Shown one piece after another: positions 1 through 10,100 of a stretch of DNA of 20,000 bases; the first letter of the stretch is position 1; each line of letters opens with the position of its first letter. Where the stretch lies: NCBI GenBank assembly GCA_026129095.1, contig JAHCIT010000006.1, forward strand, positions 44,235-64,234, written 5' to 3'. A program made the position numbers and the translations under genes. This DNA comes from Deltaproteobacteria bacterium. GTDB lineage: Bacteria > JAGRBM01 > JAHCIT01. The notes under the pieces are model-generated. The model did no database searches and had not been told where the DNA came from. It saw only the letters and a list, made by a program, of their open reading frames with translations.

Positions 1-1
1 C

Positions 2-1135
2 GATGACCGTATTTGCCGGATCAGGGAACGAATTCCCCGTTGCCGCGCCGATAGCGACGTAAATACCCTGTGCCGGAGTGGTTACCATCCCCCGGAACAG
101 GTTTCCGGCAATCAGCGTGCCCGCAGTATTCGCACTGTTCATGTATATATGGTTGCCAGGGCTGTGGCCGCCGATAAACGTGTTGCCGACGATCTTGGTC
201 AGTTCACCATCGTTCCATACGCCGTTCCCATCATGATCCGTCAGGTCAATACGGTTTCGGCGGATGACCGTATTGCTGGCGGATCCCGTCAGGAAAATTC
301 CGGTATCGTTGTACACCAGGTGATTATCCTCGATAACCGTATTTTCATCCTGGATCAGGAACCCGTTCTGGCAGCCAGAAACGGTGTTCCGGGCGAAACG
401 GACATCATTCACGGAAAATTCCGTCCGGAAGCCCTGCACGTTCGTGGACCCCATGCAGGTTACCGAATTGCCGGTGATATTCAGGGAACCGGGCATCTCC
501 ACCACCCGGACACCCATCGAGGTGCTGAAGGGATCGTACATCGTGATCCGGTTGTTCTCGATACGGACATCGCCGGTCATGGCTTCCTGCCTGATAACCC
601 CGCCGCTTCCGTCACGAACAGCGATATTGTTGTCCCGGACCTGCATCAGCCCATCGCCAGCAACATATACAATTCCGTCGCCGCGGAAGTTTGCGCTGAC
701 CCGGTTGCCATAAAAGTCGGTATTCGCGGATCCGAGCCAGATCGCCGGAGAAGTGCCCGACACCGGGACATTGAACCGGAAACTGTTGCCGTGGATATCC
801 ACGCCACTCGCCTGGCCACCAATATACACGACGATCAGGTTCCACGACGAAACGGCATCCAGTTCGATCCCGCGTATGGTGATATGCGGTGCGCCCGATA
901 CCGGCTCTATGTACAGAGCATTGAAGGCACTGTCAGTCTTGGATATCTGTAGCTGGCCCATTCCATCCAGCGTGAAATCATCTTCGTCGTTATAAGACGC
1001 GGTAACCGCGAGCACCACCTGCGAGACCGCCCCCGGCCGGACGGTCAGCGGCCCGGAAATCAGGCCAGGCAGTGTCTCCATGCCGAACCGCAACGTACCG
1101 GGACTGGTATCACCGCCACCGGACTGGATCGCGTA
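2..1135 (-). other. Domain: right-handed parallel beta-helix (PbH1/pectin-lyase-like fold), truncated by the window edge
   Basis: An N-cap-like segment GGGDTSPGTLRFGM is followed by ~22-25-aa coils with an Asn ladder: VDIHGNSF, TDFYGNRV, MQVRDNNI, VRIENNRI, LNITGNSV, VRFARNTV, TVIEDNHL, TVIRRNRI, TKIVGNTF, TLIAGNLF. Confidence 0.85.
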
Positions 1136-4100
1136 GCCGCTCACATCCAGGCTTAATTCATAGTCCGAGGGGGCAAAGCTGTTCCCCGGCGGAATCTGGT
1201 AGTACAGCGTGAGCGTGTAGTCCTGGTTGTCGTGGGGAACCTGGACGGTCCAGTTCCCATTCGCCTGGTCACCCGGCCCCGGAATATCCAGGATCATCCC
1301 CTCGGTGCTGTCCACGAGCTTCACGCCAACCGAGCCGGGTTCAAGCAACTGGACGTTAAGCTTCACCACCTGTCCGGCCCTGAGGCCCTGCAGGTAGAAG
1401 GTGTCTATATCGCCCCTGGCATCGAACCGGCCCGTGTATTGGGCGACCGAATCGCCAGTCGTATCCAGATTGACGACGGCACCGATGTTGTCGCCGAACG
1501 GCTCGTTGAAAATCCAGGGATCGAGCGGATCGGGATCAAGACCCTGGCACCAGGGCGTGTTGACCGGACCGTCGCACTGTCCGTCGCCGTCGCTGTCTGA
1601 CAGCGCCGGATCGGTGTAGTGCACGAACCCGGAAACAGCAGGTGGGGTGGCTGCTTTCAGTGCAGCCCCCATTTCGCCCGGATTGTCACCGCGGTGCTGC
1701 CAGTCGCCCACACCCAGCTGACCCTGGTTATTCATTCCCCAACACTTCACACGACCGTCCCGCAGTATCCCACAGCTGGTAACACCTCCTGTGGACACCA
1801 TGACCACCTCGCCATCCAGATCCACGTAGGGAAGGTTATCACCCATCTCGCCCGGACTATCGCCCCGGTTCTGTGTATCACCGATTCCGAGCTGCCCGAA
1901 GTGATTGCGGCCCCAGCATTTCACCTTGCCGTTGTCGAGGAGCGCACAGGTATGGGCACTAATTCCACTGGCGGAGATGTGGCGGGCGCGCCGGCCGGTA
2001 CCGAAATCAACATACGGCAGGCCGTCGCCCATCTCCCCGGCGTTATCACCCCGGTCATTCGTGTCGCCCTGCCCGCTGATTCCGTATGCATTGTAGCCCC
2101 AGCACTTGACCCCGCCATTATCCAGAAGCGCACAGGTATGGCCCCCACCCGCAACAATCTGAACCGCCGTCCGGCCGGTGCCGAGGTTCACAACCGGAAG
2201 ATTGTCACCCATCTCGCCGGGTCCGTCACCGCGGGAAACTCCATCTTCATAGCCCAGACGGCCCTGCATGCCGAATCCCCAGCACTTCACCGACCCATCG
2301 TCGAGAATCGCGCACGTGTGATTGTTACCCGCCGAAACCTGAACGGCGGTCCGCCCTGTCCCCAGATCAACGAATGGCAGGTTGTCACCCATCTCGCCGC
2401 CGTTGTCACCCCGATTGTTGACGTCACCCAGTCCGAGCTCGCCGGAAGAATTTATTCCCCAGCACTTCACCTGGCCACTCGCCAGGATCGCGCAGGTATG
2501 AGAACTCCCCGCATCAATGAACGTGGCCGACTGGCCTGTACCCAGGTTCGTAACCGGAAGGTTATTGCTCATCTCGCCAGGACCGTCACCCATGTGGTTG
2601 GTCGTGCCCTGCCCCAGTTCGCCACTGGTATTCCGGCCCCAGCACTTGACGCTGCCGCCCGGCCTGATGGCGCAATTATGATACCCACCGGCCGTCACCA
2701 TCTCCGATGTCGCACCGGAACCCAACAGCACGTTCGGCAGTGACGACATTTCCCCTGGGTCGTCACCACGCGGTGTGGTATCACCGTAACCGAGCTGGCC
2801 GTAAAGATTACCGCCCCAGCACCACAGGGCACCGGGCCAGTCGCTCCGGTCAGTCTCGCGGGCACAGACGTGCTCGGCTCCAATGGAAATCATCTTGCTT
2901 TCACGGAAGTCGTTTTCGGCTCCGGCGCAGGCGCCCACAGCCACGTACCCGTCGCACAGGCCGTCGCCGTCGCTGTCCGCCAGCGCCGGGTCGGACCGCC
3001 GCGAGAACTGGGCTTCACCCAGCATGACGACCAGTTCGTTGTACATCCAGTTGGCGAGCGCGAGGTCTGGCACGCCGTCGCCATTGAAGTCGGCAACGGA
3101 CACCCGGTCGAAATCATAGGAGGCCAGCTCATACTGGCGCGGGGAGATGTGGTAGTTGCCGTTCGGCAGGCCATAGGCCCCGCCCTGCTCATCCACATGA
3201 CCGTAGAACACCTGCATTCTGGTTTCGCTGCTTCCACCCGGAATAATGATGTCCAGTGCGCCGTTCTGGTCGAGATCGGCCATGGTGAACCAGGAGGGCG
3301 TCACGGCCGGGTTCAGGTCGAGATCCTGGAATCCGGTGTTGGCGAACTCGAGGGTGCCCCGGCCATTGATACCGCCCTGCATCCGTGTCTGCACCTTCTG
3401 GGAGTCGCGCATGAGACTCACGAGGTCCGGGACGAGGTCGGCATTGATGTCGGCCATCATCACATCGGCCAGCTCGTCGCTCACCGGGCGCGACTGCAGC
3501 GCGCCGAATGAATTACCCGGCTGTCCGGTACCGGCACTGCAGCCGGACACCGGCTGGACCGCGCCGCAAAGCGGCAGGGTATGGACATATCCGCTCTCGG
3601 TTTCGGGGAAGTAGATATCCTTGAGTCCGTCCCGGTTCACGTCCGCAACATACGCGAAGCCGAGCGGCTCGAAACCGCCATTATCATAGGGGGTAACCGG
3701 CGATCCCGGCCAGGAATTGAACCCCGTCGCCGTGAAGGTGCGGATCTGGCCAAGCACTCCGTAGGCCATCATGATATCCAGGTTGCTGTCGCCGTTCAGG
3801 TCAATGACACCGCCGCTCGTGATCCCGCCAGCTCCCGTGCTGTTGTGCAGCACCCCCGCCTCGAACTGCCCAACGCCCAGACAACCAGCCAATGGGCTGC
3901 TGATACCCGCGCACCCATAGAACACCTGGAACTGGCCCGCCTGGTAGAACACGACCAGATCCATGAAGCCGTCGCGGTTCATGTCGGCCATCTCGATTCC
4001 GGCCGTTGTGGATGAACCCAGGGTATATTGCGCCGGACCCGTAAACTGGCCCGTGCCATCACCGCTGTAGACGAGCATGACGTTGTTGCCGCCCGCCACC

Positions 4101-7100
4101 GCGATATCCTGCCGGCCGTCCAGATTGAAATCGCCCGTGGCCATGTATCTCGGACCGCTCAGGGCGTGGGTGCCCGTGTTGTACTGCGCGGCCATTTCGA
4201 ATTTCCCGTCCAGATTGCGGCGCACGACCTCTCCGCCGTCCGGCAACCCGTCGCCATCGGTGTCCCAAAGGTGCGGATTGATGCCGTAGTGAACCTCCCA
4301 CCCGTCCGGCAGGCCATCGCTGTCAGTATCAGACAGCGCGGGATCGGTACCTACATCGCGGAAGTTTTCCATCGTGCCGGTATTGGTCTCGGCGAAGTCG
4401 GGGTACTGGTCGCCGTCGCTGTCCGGCCCGCCGATCACAAGCCCGATCGAGGTGAACCCGGCCATTTCATCCGCCTTCACCCAGGTGAACGCCATCGTCG
4501 GACGCCCGGCCGCATCGACGGCGACGCTCACGCCATTGCCGTATTGCCAGATATTGGGGCTCACCGACTTGGTAAGCGCCCAGGTAAACCCGCCGTCATA
4601 GCTCCGGGCGAGATAGAAATCGGCTTCCTTTTCGTCCGGCACGTTTGAACGGCGCTGCTCCCAGCCGAGATAGAGCTGGTTGCGCGGTCCTACGGCAACG
4701 GAGGGGCCCCGGCTCTCGGTCTCAAGGGAGGGGGTCACCTCAATCTGGCCGGTAAAGGTGCTGCTGCATTCGTCACCAACTACCGCAAACCAGACCTCCG
4801 GTCCGTTGACGCCCACCCTGAGCCAGACAACGGCCCATCCGCCACCATTATGGAGGGCCGCAATCCTGGGTGAGGTGTGATTGGAAGCAGGATCAGCGGA
4901 AACGTCGAAAGCCGCAGTGTAGCCGCTTCCGCCATCAGTTGAGCAGGCGATTTCCACCTGGCCGTATCCGCCATAGTTGGCAACATACACAACCGCGATA
5001 TCGCCGTTTTCCGCAACAGCGATATCCGGCTGCGAGGCAGTTGACCCGCCCGAGAACCAGTAAGGCCAGCCGGTCGTAGTGAAAGACTGCCCGCGGTTAT
5101 TCGATACCTGGACCTGTATGGCATCATCGGTCCCCGTGTCGTCCACTTCGTGGAAAGCCACGGCGACGCGTGCGCCACTGGCAGCTACCGCCGGAGTATG
5201 GCCGCTCCATCCGCCCGAGTGGTTGGTCAGGTTCAGGGAGTCGAACGACTGGGCGCCATTCTGCGAGCGCAGGAACATGATGTCGTTGTCCCACGGAGAA
5301 GTGGGAGAAAGCGCCGTAAAGACCGCGTAGTAGTCGTTCAGGAAACGCGATGTGGCGGCGGCGACATCAATCTCGCCATCGGGATCATGGGAACCAACCA
5401 CATTGGCACTGAACACCACGCCGCCATTGAGCGAACGGCGGACCTGGGTCTCCGCGGGCTGCGGCACACCGGCCAGGACTTCGTGGCGCGAGAAGGCAAC
5501 GACCGGGACATCCTCTGACCTGGGCAGCCAGCGGATCACCGGATTAGTGACAACCACATTCCCGAAATACTCCAGGCTCTGCGGGCTGGCCGTCAGCGAG
5601 TAGCCGGGGAGCAACGGATCCATTCCTTCGCCAGGCAGTTCCGCCCCGTCGGGCACCAGATCCCGGTCCGAGTCCGGGTCCGTTGGGTCGGTAAAGGTTA
5701 TGTACAGCTCGTCAGAATCACTTAGCCAGTCACCATCGGTATCCGGGTTCAGCGGGTCCGTGTCCCAGCCGGATTCCGTGCCGGAGCAGATTCCGGTAAC
5801 TACCGAGCCGTCACACAGGAAGTCACCATCCGTATCCTCGTTGTTCGGATCGCTGGAGTAGCCAAGACCCACGGTATTCGCCGGGATGATCTTCACTCCC
5901 GAAGTGTCTGCGACGACCAGGTCGGCGGCTCCGTCCCCGTTGAAGTCCGCGAGCACGAAGCTCCGCGAATCGGAAGTCCCCGACAATGCATTATCGGAAA
6001 CGAGTTCACCCGTCGGACGGCCAAAGATACCTTCTCCTCTGAATATCTCGGCCTCGAATGCCACACGCCCCACAATGACGTCGGGGCGGCCATCGCCGCT
6101 CAGGTCTCCAGCGAAGATTCCCGTTGTTTCTGTAAGAGTGGGGGCCGTCCCAAGCTGGGCAACCCGCGCAAACCGTACCGGCACTCCCGGTCCTGACCCA
6201 CCCGGCTGGTAGCCAGCGGCGACGAAATGGTTGACGCCAATCTGGCCGGTGAAGAGGACGTCCGGACGGTCATTCCCGTCAAGACCGGCCACCCTGACAT
6301 GGCCATGCAACGTCATTGGCGGGTTGAAACTCGCCCCTTCCAGGAGAGTCTGGACCGGACCGAACTGCCCGGAACTGTCATTCGCAACCCACTGGAGCCT
6401 GTTCGTGCTGCCATTAACAAGCAGGATATCCTCATACCCGCCATCGTCATTCAGATCAGCCACGGCCAGCCCCAACACCTGGTCTGACAGCGAAACCGTA
6501 TGAACCGGAACCGGATCAAAGCAGTCATTCCCCGAGAAATCATAACCCAGAACAGTGATGCCAGATGCCGACGAATGAGCCACTGCGAGGCCCGGATATC
6601 CCGAAACATCAAGCTGGGAGAACAGCGCAATGTGCACCACATTATCCGGGAGGGAATTGGTTCGCATCGTTCCGAATTCGCCCTGCACGTCCGAGCTTCC
6701 CGGCCAGCACCGGAGCGTGTTCGAGTTTGTGTCGTTGACGACGATATCTTTCACAAAGTCGCCATCAATATCGGCCAGTATCATCTGGGTCGAATTCGGA
6801 CCGGCATCCATGCTGTATCCTTCAGCAAAGCCGCCGCCGGACTGCCCAAGCATCACCTGGATACGGTTGTTGGGCGTATCGTCTTCGAGCAGGACCAGAT
6901 CCAGCCGTCCGTCGGAGTCAACGTCGGTAACAGCCACGGCGTAGACATAACCGGGCCGGAAGATATCTTCCGTCTGGCCCGTATCGAACGTGCCGTCTGG
7001 CCGTCCCACGGCCTCCTCACCGTCGTAGAGGCCGTCTGCATCGGTATCCGGCTCGAAGGGATTGGTACCGGCGTTGCTGGGGCTGACCCAGGTTCCGGTC

Positions 7101-10100
7101 ATCGTCTCCGCGCCATCCTTAAGGCCGTCAAAGTCGGTGTCAGGATTGTTCGGATCGGTGCCGGTATCGAACGGTCCGTTGTAAACGCTCGTATTGGTTT
7201 CGACGCTATCCAGGAGTCCGTCCCCGTCCGAATCGGGGTTGAGCGGGTCGGTCCCCATGATGTTTTCCATATGGTCGGAAAGACCGTCGCCATCGGTATC
7301 CGGATTCCACGGATTCGTTCCATTCTGTATTTCAACGCCGTCCGGAACGGTATCGCCGTCACTGTCGCTACTGGTCGGATCGGTACCGAAAGCGATCTCC
7401 GCACTGTCGCTGAGTCCATCGCCATCCGTATCGGCATTGAGCGGGTCGGTCGTGGGAAGGATCGTTCCCACCACCGCGTAACTCGATCCGTCCGCATTTT
7501 CGCTTTCCCATGCAAGGAAGCGGCGGCCTGAACTGGACACCGCCACGGCCGGATTGTTCTGGGCCCCGGCAGTGATCTGGTTCACCTGGTATTGCGGTCC
7601 GTATGCGGTACCGGCACTGTCAAACTCGCGGGCGAAAATCCCGTAGAAATCGCCGTCGAGTCCGCCCAAATCCGCCCACAGCACGATGATCTCGTCGTCC
7701 CGGTTCATCCCGATGGCAGGCACACGCTGGAAATCGAACTCCTCGTTGTTCACGGCGAAATCCGGACTCATCGGAGTGATGCTGTCATCGAATATCCGGG
7801 CGCGGATGCCGAGGCTGGCTGCGTCGGGGCTTGTCCAGGCAACGGCAAAGTTACCCGCCGCGTTCATCGCAATGGCCGGATCATCCTGGGTCCCACCCGT
7901 GACCGAGTTGACCAAGTACATGTCCGTGTCGATCGCGCTTGACGGCAGCATCGTGCTGAGACGGATGTCGGTATCAGAGCCGTTATGCGACGAGTAGACG
8001 ATGAAGCTCAATCCCCATGAATCGACAGCCACATCCGGCTTGGTCTGCGCATTGGCAATTGTCCCGTGAACAACCACTTCGCCGGTCAATGGCGTGCCGT
8101 TCCGGTCAAACCGGCGGGCCACGACGTCCCACCCGCTGCCGCAGGTATTTTCACACTGCCACGCGACAGTGAAGTCGCCCGTCTGCCGGTGGACACCAAC
8201 CGAGGGGGCGCTCTGGTCGCCCGCAGTGGTCGCATTGACCTGGATTTCTCCGGTCTTTGGGGAACCATCGCTACCGAATACCCGCGCATAGATTCCACCC
8301 AGGTCGCCGTCCTGTCCGTCGCTCATCCATACGACGACGAAATCCCCGTCGCCCGAAACAGCCACGTCCGGCTGGCTCTGGGTACCAGCGGACGTCGAAT
8401 TGACGACGATTTCACCGCCCGTCTTCTCTCCGCTGTGCACAAGAAGCTGGGCACGGATGTCGGTCCCATCAACCCACGCGGCCACCCAGTTGCCATTCGG
8501 GCTTGCCGCCACGGACGCCAGTCCCTGGAAGCCTGCCGTCATTGTATTCACGACAAACTGCGTGCTGCCCTCTACGCCGGTGCATACCCCTGTCACCCAG
8601 GTGCCGTCACACAGACCATCGCCATCGGTGTCGGGGTTCAGCGGATCGGTACCGAGCGCCGTTTCGCTACCCGTGCAGATACCAACGACATTCAGGCCGT
8701 CGCACAGCCGGTCCCCGTCGGTATCGATATCAACGGGATTGGTCATGCGTGTCTGGCGCACGAAGACGCCGTTTCCGTCTCCGTCACGGCCGGTGGTGTC
8801 CTCAAAAACGATCACCCAGTCGCCGCCAGCAAGGTAACCAGCCTTTACCATGTCACCGGAGGCACTCGGCTGCATCATCAGGAATTCCGGGCCCACGGAC
8901 GTTCCGTTCCACTGGTAACGCTGCCCGTAAACCCTGAACATTCCGCTTCCGTCCTGGTCCCAGCTGGCCCAGGAAATCAGATAGTCCCCGCTGTTATGCT
9001 CGACAGAAACAGATGGCCGGGTCTGGTCGTACAGCGTATAGGAGTTGACCTGGTACTCACCGGCGTACGGCGAACCGTTCATGTCGAACCGGCGGGCAAA
9101 GACGCCGCTGTTCGATCCGTCCTGGTTGCCACTCGCCCAGGCAACGACAAAATCCCCCGATACTGATGTCGCCGAAATGGACGGATAGTTCTGGATATCC
9201 GCGGTGGTGGTGTTGGCCGTCAGTTCGGCGAATGCCTCGTTATTGGGCGCACTGAACCCGCGGACCCGGATATCCAGCGCATCGCCAGAATCATCCTCGA
9301 AGGCAATCGCCACCCGGCCCAGCCCGAGGGAAGCGATTGCAGGGCGCCCCTGGTTTCCGGCCGTCACGCTGTTCACCTGGAACACCGGCGCAAAAGTTGT
9401 CTGCGACGGATAGGGCTGCCAGTACCGGGCGTAAATATCAGACCCTGTATCGCATCCGTCACAGCGCCAGGCGAGTACGAACTGGCCCGTCACGCTGGTT
9501 GTTGCAATGGCCGGCTGGTAACGGCTGTTTCCGTCTGGACCTACCGCCTCGACATCGTTATCAACCGGGTTGCCAGCGGCATCAAAGCGGCGGAGCCGGA
9601 TCTGGTAAGTCCCGCTCCGGCTGTCGCTCCAGGCAACAACAAACCGGCCACTGTCGTCGACGGCTATCGTTGGCTGAATCTGGTCGCCTGTATTGGTCGA
9701 ATTAACAAGGATCTCCGTCGTTACCGGCCGGCCGGCGGAGTCGTACTTACGGGCATAAATGCCGCTCTGGTCACCGTCCGGGCCCGACCAGGCAACGACG
9801 TAACTGCCGTTACGCATGACCGCCAGCGCCGGGGCAAGCTGATGACCGGAAACAGTCTCGGTCGCAATGAAGTCCAGTTGCCGTTCCGTGCCGTTGCAAC
9901 TGCCGGTCATTTCATGCCCGTCGCACAGGCCGTCGCCATCCGTATCGGGATTGTTCGGGTCTGAACCGGGATTGCCCGGACTGATGAAAGCCAGGCTCGC
10001 ATTTTCGGCGCCGTCGAAATACCCGTCACCATCAGTATCCGGGACATTCGGATCCGTTCCGGTCATGACGGCCGAGAAATAGGTTCCGCCGTTATCTTCA

